Source of the DNA: Octopus bimaculoides | Taxonomy: Eukaryota | DNA length: 54,399 bases | Reading direction: 5' to 3' | Assembly: GCF_001194135.2 (NCBI RefSeq) | Contig: NC_068989.1 | Span: 31,503,597-31,557,995 of the forward strand | Shown here: positions 1 to 11,257 of the stretch, piece by piece | Layout of the letters: every line of letters starts with the position of its first letter | Numbering within the stretch: the first letter of the stretch is position 1 | The notes under the pieces: generated by a model | What the model saw: only the letters and a program-made list of their open reading frames with translations | The model's database searches: none | Told to the model about the DNA's origin: nothing | Position numbers and translations under genes: made by a program

Positions 1-800
1 TATATATATATATATATATATATATCTCACACAACCCTCCACACAACCCACGCACACACGCATGCGCACACATACGCACGCACACGAATGCACACATACC
101 TAACACTCACAACCCCACGCATACATGTATATACACCCGCAAACGCACACACATTCACACGCACACATACACGCCCACACAACTACACGCACATATACAC
201 ACATGTACACACGCACATGTACACACTCACACGCACATACATATATACACACGCACACACATACACATCACGCACACGCAAATGAACCCATACATACCTC
301 CCATACACACACAGCACACACTCATACATACACGTATACAATTATACATACATGTACATACACACACACATACAAGCACACACACGCACACACACAGAGT
401 AACGTACAAGTACTCCACAGATACAACCTCACGCATACACACATACCCACACGTACATACACATACATACAAACACACGCACACTGGAAAAAAACTCACA
501 CACTACAAATACATATACGCACAATCACATACTTCAAACTACCAGTACCTTTCTACTGACCATTCTCCTAAGCACATGTGTAGGTACACACACAACAGGC
601 AGCCACTCCTACCAAAACTCTTACTATAAATTCTTCCTATGACCTTAAACGATACTAAGTCCAACCACACACATACATAAACAGCCACAACCACACGCAC
701 ACACACACACACGCACACACACACACACGCACATATATGGGCTATCATTACACACGCGCACACACTGACCTGTGCACACGCACATACCTACGCATACACA
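1..800. repeat. Degenerate (TA)n/(CA)n microsatellite field
   Basis: Near-continuous CA/TA dinucleotide runs; the overlapping His/Thr and Cys/Val ORFs are translations of the repeat. Confidence 0.9.
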
Positions 801-1057
801 CACATCCCTCCTTCTCTTGCACTCTCCTGTCTTTGAAAGAACTTTGTCTTCACCCATTCCCTTCCAGTCATTTCAATATGTGACCGCGTGTGTATCGTTG
901 GCGATTTTCTTTCTCCGTCTTCCCTTCTTTGGACCTTTTCTATATTTCTGATGAAGAGTTCCGCTCGAAACGTGAAATTCTCTTTCTTTCTTTTCCTTTC
1001 CTGTACTTATTCCACGTCCTCGCGCTGTTGTTTTTTCTTGCTTGTTCATGGTTGGAT
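800..1057 (+). mobile_element. Penelope-like pseudo-LTR (pLTR) fragment
   Basis: Pyrimidine-rich segment ending in a minimal hammerhead motif; same layout as 41880-42094; cut off by a gap. Confidence 0.55.
944..978 (+). ncRNA. Minimal type I hammerhead ribozyme motif, likely inactive (G17)
   Basis: attt-CTGATGA-a-GAG-ttccg-CTC-GAA-ACGT-g-aaat: 4-bp stem I, 3-bp stem II, palindromic ACGT stem III; the cleavage-site base is G. Confidence 0.65.
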
Positions 1058-2023
1058 NNNNNNNNNNNNNNNNNNNNNNNNNNNNNNNNNNNNNNNNNNN
1101 NNNNNNNNNNNNNNNNNNNNNNNNNNNNNNNNNNNNNNNNNNNNNNNNNNNNNNNNNNNNNNNNNNNNNNNNNNNNNNNNNNNNNNNNNNNNNNNNNNNN
1201 NNNNNNNNNNNNNNNNNNNNNNNNNNNNNNNNNNNNNNNNNNNNNNNNNNNNNNNNNNNNNNNNNNNNNNNNNNNNNNNNNNNNNNNNNNNNNNNNNNNN
1301 NNNNNNNNNNNNNNNNNNNNNNNNNNNNNNNNNNNNNNNNNNNNNNNNNNNNNNNNNNNNNNNNNNNNNNNNNNNNNNNNNNNNNNNNNNNNNNNNNNNN
1401 NNNNNNNNNNNNNNNNNNNNNNNNNNNNNNNNNNNNNNNNNNNNNNNNNNNNNNNNNNNNNNNNNNNNNNNNNNNNNNNNNNNNNNNNNNNNNNNNNNNN
1501 NNNNNNNNNNNNNNNNNNNNNNNNNNNNNNNNNNNNNNNNNNNNNNNNNNNNNNNNNNNNNNNNNNNNNNNNNNNNNNNNNNNNNNNNNNNNNNNNNNNN
1601 NNNNNNNNNNNNNNNNNNNNNNNNNNNNNNNNNNNNNNNNNNNNNNNNNNNNNNNNNNNNNNNNNNNNNNNNNNNNNNNNNNNNNNNNNNNNNNNNNNNN
1701 NNNNNNNNNNNNNNNNNNNNNNNNNNNNNNNNNNNNNNNNNNNNNNNNNNNNNNNNNNNNNNNNNNNNNNNNNNNNNNNNNNNNNNNNNNNNNNNNNNNN
1801 NNNNNNNNNNNNNNNNNNNNNNNNNNNNNNNNNNNNNNNNNNNNNNNNNNNNNNNNNNNNNNNNNNNNNNNNNNNNNNNNNNNNNNNNNNNNNNNNNNNN
1901 NNNNNNNNNNNNNNNNNNNNNNNNNNNNNNNNNNNNNNNNNNTTGCGATGTCTAAAAAAATCTCTGTGGATTCCTGCCGAGGGTGTGGCTTCAAAACATT
2001 TATTGAATGGGTTTTATGTCCAG

Positions 2024-2087
<64 letters not shown>

Positions 2088-2379
2088 GCGTGTGTGCGTG
2101 TGTATGTATTGTGGTGAACGTCCTTTCAACATGTTTGGTATGTGACCAACTGTATGGTAATGCGTGTGTATGTTGAGATGAATATCTTGTAAAGAAAGGT
2201 ATTAAGATTTTCGTTCTTTTTCGTGTGTGTGGGTTTGAACTGCGATGGTTTCTTTTGAGTGTCTCCAGCTGTATGTGTGTGTGCGATGTTTTCTTTTGGG
2301 TGTCTCTAGGTGGGTGTATGTGTGAGTATATGTGTGTGTGTATGTGCAGACGTGTGTGTGTGTTTCTTGCGATGTCTTG

Positions 2380-2414
<35 letters not shown>

Positions 2415-2423
2415 TGTGTGTGT

Positions 2424-2460
<37 letters not shown>

Positions 2461-2472
2461 TGTGTGTGTGCA
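2024..2472. repeat. (TG)n microsatellites
   Basis: Long perfect and degenerate GT runs. Confidence 0.9.
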
Positions 2473-2489
2473 GGCATACATATGTATTG

Positions 2490-4620
2490 GAAAAAAGATT
2501 TAAGAATGGATGGGAAGTATTTTCTAAATCAATAGTATGTATAAATTTTTTTAAGTGTCCGTCCTTATTTATTGGTTGGTCGTGGTCGGTTCTGTATTTA
2601 ATTGTGGTTTAACTTGTTAATAAATTGCCTTTATTTAGTCTTTGTTGTTGGTTGAATGAATCTGAGCACTTGTAGAGGGGAAATATTTTGAAATTGGGTG
2701 AGTTCATTCCTGCATAGATTGCAATATGACTGCTTAAAAGAATTTTCCTCGTGTTTTTGTCGCGGATCTGTTGGTGATGTGTCGTCATTCTGTTACGTAA
2801 CGATCCGTCCGTCTGACCTATGTAATTATGTTGGCAACCATTGCATGTAATTGCGTAGATCAGATTTCCTGTGTTGCAGGTGAGATTGGATTTAACCTTG
2901 AAGGTTTGGCCGTCATTAAATTTAAATTCTGGTCCCCCAATTAGGTAACGGCAAGTGCCGCACTTTGTTCTTCCGCATTTTGCGACAGTTGGGTTAGAGG
3001 TTTCTTTGTGCGTTTTTGCTCCGGTAAGAATGAGTTTTAGTATTTTGGACTGCCTTTTTTCTTTTGATGATTTGTTGTTTTTCTCTGATTTTTCTCAAAT
3101 TTTCACCTGTAAATAAAATGGGGAGGTTTTTGTGGATGTGATCAAATATCTCGGTATTTCTGAGATTGAAGGTTGACATAAATGGTAAAACGCTTTTCCT
3201 TCTTTTGTTTTTTTGTTTTCCTAAGTTCATTGATATCCATTTGCTTTGCCTTGTTTATTCCGTTGGTGATTATGACAGAAGGGAAGGCTCTTTGGATAAG
3301 TCCTTCAGTTCCTCTAGTCTTTGTTCACGTTTGAATGGTTCTGACACTATGGTACAAATTTGTTTTGCCAGGTTGAAGGGACTGTTGAATTTGCTGTGTT
3401 TCATGTGACATGATGTAAAAAGAAATACTGTTTGGAGTCAGCGGGTTTGTAGAATACCTTCGTTTCTATTTTCCCATCTTGGTTTGTGATTAGGATATCC
3501 AGAAAAGCGAGTTCTTTAGGGTTGAATTCCATTGTGAATTTGATGCTATTGCTGAGGTTGTTTAAAATGTTTTAAAATTCAGTTAGCTTGTCAATGTTAC
3601 CTGCCATAAGATAAAGCAATCATCCAGGTGTCTTTTCCAATTGTTTCTGAGTTGTGTATGGAAAGTGTCACCGAATATTAGAAGAGATTGGTTGTAGATC
3701 TTTTGTTCGTGGAATCCCATGACTAAGTTGGCGTATGTGGGGCCTACTTTCGTACTCATTGCCGTTCCCGATGTTTGGTAGTAACCCAAACCGTTGAAGA
3801 TAAAATAGTTGTTTTCAAGTATGAATCTGAGCCCATCAATGATAAATTATTTTTCTATGCGTGTTGGAAGTTCAGATTGGTGAGTGTCTAACCAGTATTG
3901 GATTACAGTTATTCCATTGTCATGGGCAATGTTGGTGTATAGGTTGACAACATCAAATGAAGTAAAAATTGCATGTTTATTTACCGTTTTTGGTAGATGA
4001 TTTAGCATGTTTAGGTCATCTCGTATGTAGCTCTATATGTTTTAGGAAAGGTTTTAGGAAAGGTTTTAGGAGGATGTTCAAAAATTTTCTGAATCTGTGT
4101 TTCACATTCCAGGCTTGCTATGATTGGTCTCAATTTAAAATCATCTGGAGGTGTTAACTGTATGTATTTGTTTGCTGAGGATTTACAGGCATCTCTTATC
4201 CTTTTGGCTTTATGGATTTTTGTTAAATCATAAAAAATACTCGTTTTGCATTTGAAGTGAAATATATAGTAAATTTCTTTACTGGTTAAGCCTTTGTTAT
4301 ATTTCTTTAAAAGAGTTGTGATGTTATCCAGTTTTCTTTATTGTTTGTAGGGAGTTGCTTTTTTGAAGTAGTTGTTGTCCCCTAGCATTGTAAGTGCTAG
4401 GTTTTCATAGCAGTTTCTGTCCATGATGACGACAGTGCTCCCTTTATCGGCTTCTTTGATAGTTATATTCGTATTTTCTTATAAGTCCAGTGGGTTTTTC
4501 CATTCATACTTTGTAAAGCTTGATTTAAGGTTTCTATGTTCAATTTTTTCAAAGGGGAAGTTCATAATGTATTCGCAGTAGGAATCTAGTGCTTTATATG
4601 CACGGGAGAAACATTACGTA
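2490..4620 (-). mobile_element. Penelope-like retroelement, degraded RT plus C-terminal GIY-YIG endonuclease
   Basis: Minus strand gives FDVVNLYTNI (RT motif A), YYQTSGTAM...GPTYANL (motif B), WKRHLDDCF (motif C), and CNGCQHNYIGQTDGSLRNRMTTHHQQIR (GIY-YIG with CxxC, about 2760-2850). Several stops and frameshifts. Confidence 0.9.
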
Positions 4621-4674
4621 ATTCAAGAGCTTAATCGTTAAACTCCAATATACTATAACTTTAATGCAATGAAC

Positions 4675-4701
4675 AAACTGAAAGAAGCCCGTCGTACATA
4701 T

Positions 4702-4736
<35 letters not shown>

Positions 4737-4950
4737 GATATGTTTGTGTATCTGTGTTTGTCCCCCAACATCCCTTGACAACCGATACTGGTGTGTTTAC
4801 GTCCCCGTAAATTAGCGGTTCGGCAAAAGGACCGATAGAATAAGTACTAGGCTTACAAAGAATAAATCCTGGGGTCGATTTGCTTGACTAAAGTCGGAGC
4901 TCCAGCATGGCCACAGTCAAATGACTGAAACAAGTAAAAGAACAAAAGAA
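4675..4950 (+). mobile_element. CORE-like SINE, 3' half (internal microsatellite plus tail)
   Basis: aaactgaaagaagcccgtcg matches the end of the SINE head at 31600-31750; then accgatagaataagtactagg (CORE-like) and tail ccagcatggccacagtcaaatgactgaaacaagtaaaaga, also at 32185-32232 and 40580-40735. Confidence 0.8.
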
Positions 4951-4980
4951 TATATACATGTATATAAAAACACACACACA

Positions 4981-5031
<51 letters not shown>

Positions 5032-5299
5032 NNNNNNNNNNNNNNNNNNNNNNNNNNNNNNNNNNNNNNNNNNNNNNNNNNNNNNNNNNNNNNNNNNNNN
5101 NNNNNNNNNNNNNNNNNNNNNNNNNNNNNNNNNNNNNNNNNNNNNNNNNNNNNNNNNNNNNNNNNNNNNNNNNNNNNNNNNNNNNNNNNNNNNNNNNNNN
5201 NNNNNNNNNNNNNNNNNNNNNNNNNNNNNNNNNNNNNNNNNNNNNNNNNNNNNNNNNNNNNNNNNNNNNNNNNNNNNNNNNNNNNNNNNATATATGTAT

Positions 5300-5468
5300 G
5301 TATATATAAACAGTATAGAGTAGAGTCGCATCAAGAAGGTTAAGATAAACTTATTTGGAAATGGATGTGTGGCGTTCAATTAAATAATGATATAAACGAT
5401 ATATATATACAAAAAACAGGACAGTGAAGACATACTGTTTTCTCCTCTAATTCCCTTTTGTCCATTTC

Positions 5469-5509
<41 letters not shown>

Positions 5510-6077
5510 GCTCAAACGTGACCATCGTCCATCTTTCTTTTCCTCACGTCACCAACTTTCTTTCCTGCATGGACATTCTAAGGACTGTACGTCTCCTATC
5601 GCTCTCTCTTCTATCTTTTCTCTTTTCAAAGAAAATATTTTACTCAGCTATTTTTCCCTCGTTCAGGTCTAACGACCTTCCATGTTTGTTTTCGTTCGGT
5701 TTCCTTGTATGGCTCCACTGTCCTGTTTTTGTTCCTAACTTTGACTCTCCATAAATCCAAATTTTTATTTTGGTATTTATGGGAGCAAATGTCTTCGAAG
5801 ACTCATATTGTCGTTGGTTGCTTGAAATGAGGAGTAGGTAGACAACCGACAACTGTCATTTGTTTTCGTATCTCATGTTGTTTACTGTTGGTGACGTCCC
5901 AAATATGCATATATATATATATATATNNNNNNNNNNTATATTATGATTTAATTGAACGCCACGCATCCATTTCCCAGTAAGTTTATCTTAACCTTTTTGA
6001 TGCGACTCCATTCTATACTGTTTTCTCCCCATCCTCACTAATTCCATTTTTCTCCCTTTTACCGTTCTATCTATCTG

Positions 6078-6128
<51 letters not shown>

Positions 6129-6635
6129 CTCTCTATTCCTCTTTCTCTTTTTCTCTCTCTCGTTGCTCACACGTGACCGTCGTGCGTCTTTCTTTTCCTT
6201 ACGTGACCGTCTTTCTTTCCTGCACGGACGTTCTAAGGACTGGACGTCTTCTATCTCTCTCTTCTATCTCTCTCTTCTATCTTTTCTCCTTTCAAAGAAA
6301 ATATTTCTCCCAGCGTTCACTATTTTCCCCACATTCAAGTCTAACGACCCTCCATGTTTGTTTTCGTTCGGTTGCCCTGTATGTTTCCACTGTCCTGTTT
6401 TTTGTTTCTAACTTTGATCCTTCATAAATCCAAAATTTTATTTTGGTATTGATGAGAGTAACTGTCTTCGTAGACTCATATTATCGTTGATTGCTCGAAA
6501 CGGGTAGTAGATAGACAGCCGACAACTGATGAAGAGTCATTCTTTGTATTACTTGTCCCTTTTTCTCTCGTTATTTGCGTATTGAACTCATTTGTTTTCG
6601 TATCTCATGTTGTTTACTGTTGGTGACGTCCTGTA
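5300..6635 (+). mobile_element. Array of Penelope-like pLTR pieces: two diverged direct copies (about 5500-5900 and 6160-6635) plus an inverted copy of a shared segment
   Basis: The two copies align by eye (cgttgctc...aaagaaaatatt...tggtgacgtcc). The segment ttaattgaacgccac...ctatactgttt occurs inverted at about 5305-5395, direct at about 5945-6025 and partially at about 7070-7110. Degenerate hammerhead tgatga-gag...ctc-gaaac at 6449-6506. Confidence 0.6.
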
Positions 6636-6690
6636 CCCATATATGCATAAATATGTATGTGTATATATATATATATATATATACATGAAA

Positions 6691-7023
6691 GCGCATGGTT
6701 CAGTGGTTACAGCGTCGAGCTTATGATCGTGAGTTTGTGAGTTCGAATCCCAGATCGGGCTGCGTGTAGTGTTCTTGAGCAAGACACTTTATTTCACGTT
6801 CCTCCAGTTCACTCAGCTGTAGAAATGAGTTGCGACGTCACAGGTGCCAAGCTGTATCGGCCTTTGCCTTTCCCTTGGATAACACTGGTGGCGTGGAGAG
6901 AGGAGGTCGGTATGTATAGACGACTGCTGGTCTTCCATAAACAACCTTGCCCGGACTTGTGCCTGGTAGGGTAACTTTCTCGGTGCAATCCCATGGTTAG
7001 TCATGACCGAAGGGAGTCTCAGC
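6691..7023 (+). mobile_element. tRNA-derived SINE, apparently full length
   Basis: A-box tggttcagtgg, B-box gttcgaatccc, central gtgttcttgagcaagacactt motif; flanked by (TA)n; homologous to 30156-30380. Confidence 0.85.
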
Positions 7024-7109
7024 ATATATATATATATGCATATATACATGTATATATATTATTTAAATTATTATTTAATTGAACGCCATGCATCCATTTC
7101 CAAGTAAGT

Positions 7110-7141
<32 letters not shown>

Positions 7142-7144
<3 letters not shown>

Positions 7145-7404
7145 CGAAAGGGTAACAGTGAATCGCCGTATGGAGCAGAATATCCAACGTTTCGGACTCA
7201 ATCCTTCGTTAGGGGACACAGAAAAAGAGAAGAGAGAGAGAAAGTCAAACAGAGTTTACATCCTCTCAGCTTGAAAAACTTGCTGCAACTCTGTTTGACT
7301 TACTTCTCTTTTTCTTCCGTTTTTCTCTGCCCCTGACGAAGAATTGAGTCCGAAACGTTGGATATTCCGCTCCTTCCGGCAGGTTCACTGTACCTCTTCC
7401 GCTT
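7142..7404. mobile_element. Small foldback element with a minimal hammerhead motif on each arm
   Basis: Arms 7142-7256 and 7287-7404 are imperfect reverse complements with a 30-nt spacer. Plus arm ccc-CTGACGA-agaattgagtcc-GAAACGTT-gg (7330-7362); minus arm has CTAACGA (G5A) at 7183-7215. Confidence 0.75.
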
Positions 7405-7454
7405 TTTCCTATATCTTTTCAAGTCTTGCCGACGCAGAGCTACTAGATTATTGC

Positions 7455-7560
<106 letters not shown>

Positions 7561-7566
7561 TTCTAT

Positions 7567-9124
7567 TATAGTGGGGTAGGCCGGTGTATGGGGTACTCTG
7601 GGTTTCTCGCTCGTAAGGGATATGCCTTACGGCGTATCTTCAGATCCAAACACTGCTGGCCTGAGACCTCTTTAACATATGGAGGGGGAAAAGCCTCGTT
7701 TTTAAGGGTAAGACCCTAGATGATTATCTCACTTTGCCACTATCCATTGATCTTCGGCCGCGCTGCCATCTTGCAGTCACCAAATCACCACGATGGTAAA
7801 CGATTGCTTCCCTTTGGCCTGGCTATTGGTTTCCGGCTGTGGTGCCACCATGCGGATTTCAATTGGACAGCAGGAATTTTCTAAAATGCAGGCATGGGCC
7901 GAAAATCTCCGTCCTGGAGTTCAGAATACCCCCTGGCATGAACGAGTTTTTAAAGATCTTCGCGCACTCGGCAATGCTTAACTTACCCCATGTCGTCGCG
8001 TTTGTGTAGAGGCCTGGGTTCTCGAGTATTTTCCATGCGATCAAGTATGTAATCTCCTCGTCTTGTAATTGCAAGATATGGCTGGCCAGTGATGTCACGT
8101 ATCTCCTTTCCGGGATTCTGAAGGGGGACAGATGATTGGAAATACGCTATTTGAGAGAGTTTCTAGTGCACCCACGTACTTCTGTGGGTGCGTGATGCCG
8201 TTGCGCCTGTTGCTGCTGTTGTTGTTGTTGGGTCCCGCTGGTGCCGTCATTGGTGTTATTGCTACTGGAGTTGGGGCTGCTGCTATTGGTGCTGGTGCTG
8301 GCGTTGGTGCTGGTGCTGGCGTTGGTGCTGGTGTTGACGATGGTGCTGGCGCTGGTGCTGATGTTGGCGTCGCTGGGGGTTGCATTGGTGCCGGTCATAT
8401 TCTCGTCCCTGCACTTGCTGCCTGTGTTACAGTCGTTGTTGCTGTTGCTGGTGCTGGCGTTGCTGTTGTTGTTGTTGTTGTTGTCGTCGCTGCTGCTGGC
8501 ACCGCCACCGGTGTTGGTGTTGTTGTTGATAGAGTCGGGGCTGCTGGTGATGGCGGAGGATGTGGTGGTGGCGACAGTGTTGCTATCGCCTCTGTCGGTT
8601 CTGCTGCTGTTGCCGTCATAGCCAGCGATGGAACTGGATCTGTTGCCTCTGCTATTACTACCATAGTGGCCAATATGCCAGGCATCGTGGACATCGGGAA
8701 GCTATTTGTGAGGCTGGTGATGATGGTGATGTCGCTGCTGTTAGTGATGCCGCTGCTGTTGTTAGCGATTCTGCCGTCCATGGTGGCGGTGGTGATGGCT
8801 GTGTTACCGGCTCTGTTCTCAGGTCCACATCCGTCATTGTTTCTGCCGGTGTTAAAGGCGTGTCGGGTTAGAACCTCGGTTTAATATACAACTCCTTTGG
8901 TTTCGCAGCGACCACAAGATGGCAGCGCGGCCGAAGATCGTTGGATAATGGCAAAGGGAGATAACCATCTAGGATCTTACTCTTTAAAAACGAGGCTTTC
9001 CCCCTCTATACGTTAAAGAGGTCTCAGGCCAGTAGTGTTTGGATCTGAAGATACGCCGCAAGGCGTATCTCCCTTATGAGAGAGAAACCCAAGGTAACCA
9101 CATACACCAGTCTACCCTACTATA
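7567..9124. mobile_element. Unclassified element with about 215-bp inverted terminal repeats around a GC-rich coding-like interior
   Basis: 7567-7780 and 8908-9124 are diverged reverse complements (e.g. cttcagatccaaacac vs gtgtttggatctgaag; gccgcgctgccatcttg vs caagatggcagcgcggc); the element sits between two microsatellites. Confidence 0.8.
7859..8837 (-). pseudogene. Decayed single ORF: Pro-rich N-terminus, cryptic CCHC knuckle, Pro/Ala/Thr linker, C-terminal non-repetitive domain
   Basis: MTDVDLRTEPVTQPSPPPPWT...RCPRCLAY, then after a 1-nt shift GHYGSNS; P/A/T-rich reading to about 8100 with one in-frame stop at 8395-8397; then TSLASHILQLQDEEITYLIAWKILENPG...FLLSN after a further shift. 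Confidence 0.45.
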
Positions 9125-9185
9125 TTTACTTTTATACATCTTTTAATGTGCCTCTCCTCCGGACATATGTATTTCTACAAACGAT

Positions 9186-9223
<38 letters not shown>

Positions 9224-9923
9224 NNNNNNNNNNNNNNNNNNNNNNNNNNNNNNNNNNNNNNNNNNNNNNNNNNNNNNNNNNNNNNNNNNNNNNNNNNNNN
9301 NNNNNNNNNNNNNNNNNNNNNNNNNNNNNNNNNNNNNNNNNNNNNNNNNNNNNNNNNNNNNNNNNNNNNNNNNNNNNNNNNNNNNNNNNNNNNNNNNNNN
9401 NNNNNNNNNNNNNNNNNNNNNNNNNNNNNNNNNNNNNNNNNNNNNNNNNNNNNNNNNNNNNNNNNNNNNNNNNNNNNNNNNNNNNNNNNNNNNNNNNNNN
9501 NNNNNNNNNNNNNNNNNNNNNNNNNNNNNNNNNNNNNNNNNNNNNNNNNNNNNNNNNNNNNNNNNNNNNNNNNNNNNNNNNNNNNNNNNNNNNNNNNNNN
9601 NNNNNNNNNNNNNNNNNNNNNNNNNNNNNNNNNNNNNNNNNNNNNNNNNNNNNNNNNNNNNNNNNNNNNNNNNNNNNNNNNNNNNNNNNNNNNNNNNNNN
9701 NNNNNNNNNNNNNNNNNNNNNNNNNNNNNNNNNNNNNNNNNNNNNNNNNNNNNNNNNNNNNNNNNNNNNNNNNNNNNNNNNNNNNNNNNNNNNNNNNNNN
9801 NNNNNNNNNNNNNNNNNNNNNNNNNNNNNNNNNNNNNNNNNNNNNNNNNNNNNNNNNNNNNNNNNNNNNNNNNNNNNNNNNNNNNNNNNNNNNNNNNNNN
9901 NNNNNNNNNNNNNNNNNNNNNNN

Positions 9924-9970
<47 letters not shown>

Positions 9971-10199
9971 TATATATGTATATACACTCATACCTAATAT
10001 ACGATTCTGTTATTGGTGGGTTCAACAAAAATGTACTCTATCAAGTGAGAGATGAACATTATTTTATTATGTACAGGACTTAAATTCGAGCTACTAAAAA
10101 TTTCAGGCAATCTTTCAAACTCAAATGTACAAAATGGCTGATCTATTTTGAAAAATCGAGAAACCAAAAGAAAGGGAGGAGAGGAAGGTAAAAGATAAA

Positions 10200-10500
10200 G
10201 TTCAGGGTTTATGAAACTGGAGTTATTACAGTGCTCCAAAATAGGGAAAATCAAAAGAAAAATATATGTATTGGAATATTTGAAAGTGATTTTTAAAATG
10301 ATACGTTAACCACTAGTCTCCTTTCCGACTTGTGACTAAGAAGAAACCTACGAAGTTAACAAGCTATATCTGGGATCTGACAGCCAAATATATACATATC
10401 ATCAAGTGGAACTATCCATACCATACGTTAATGGATCAGAGATGTAGGCTTCGATTAGCCGAAAGATTTTGTATTGTTTTTATATCTTAAGAACTTACTA
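10200..10500 (+). mobile_element. Penelope-like GIY-YIG endonuclease remnant
   Basis: Broken reading ICIGIFESDF..YVNH...TKLTSYIWDLTAKY..IIKWN...CRLRLAERFCI parallels the EN at 42737-43054 (YIG...LSKYIWEL...W...CKLCTNE). Confidence 0.55.
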
Positions 10501-11087
10501 ATCTACTAAATTCCAGATCTGAAAATTTTGTTAAATGTAAGTGTCTGGACAAATTACTTTTATTGAATTGGAATACACCCTTTTCTTTGGATTAAACATG
10601 CAATCTCAAAAATCTTTGATCTTTTTCCCATTCAGTTAATTTGTAGTCAACCATATTAATTCTAATTCGAACGGGCCAAAGAAACGCAACTCTTAATTTT
10701 CTTTTTTTTTTTCATTTCACATTTTTCTTAGAGGAACCAATAACTCGAATATTAATCCTGTAGATAGAAAATGATATACATAATACACACACACACACAC
10801 ATATGTGAGACGTGCCGCCTGATAGTCACATTTTCCTTTTATGGCAAAATATGCACCTAATTCAATAAAATTTTGAAGGTTACTATACATAACTATACAT
10901 ACTATAATGTAATACTACAATGTAATACTCTACATTACTATAAACAAAATGCAAAAATATTTTATTTTTTGTAGATTAGGTAGGCATAATTCGCCCCTGC
11001 CTTTCAATCTCAGTATTAAAACTAGACATAGTACTGCTGTAGTACACGAGCTGCGTACATTCCTACAATAACGTTTTCGTTACGCGC

Positions 11088-11206
11088 TATAAAGGCAGAA
11101 GTAATTCTGCCTCCAACTCAGTCGCACGCCTGTGTTTCGCTTATTATTTTGCGTGTTTTACTACATAAACGTTACCAATTACCCTGAGTAATTACTGACG
11201 GTACGT
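11088..11206 (+). promoter_or_regulatory. Candidate Pol II core promoter: TATA box, initiator-like motif and downstream donor-like site
   Basis: TATAAA at 11088, TCAGTC at 11118-11123 (A at 11120, 32 nt after the first T), G|GTACGT at 11200/11201; locally CpG-richer than the flanks. Confidence 0.3.
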
Positions 11207-11208
11207 AC

Positions 11209-11253
<45 letters not shown>

Positions 11254-11257
<4 letters not shown>

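Noticed and set aside
6691-6770. tRNA genes (also 31020-31090)
   Set aside because: The A/B boxes continue into SINE bodies found several times in the window; no complete cloverleaf.
8132-8884. 250-aa plus-strand Val/Ala/Gly-rich ORF that looks like a membrane protein
   Set aside because: It is the antisense shadow of the NCA-codon-rich minus-strand frame; such repeats lack stops on the opposite strand.
10435-10475. ggct-tcgatt-agcc-GAAA as a hammerhead stem II
   Set aside because: No CUGANGA core or stem I; the bases translate as CRLRLAERFCI, the end of a GIY-YIG remnant.
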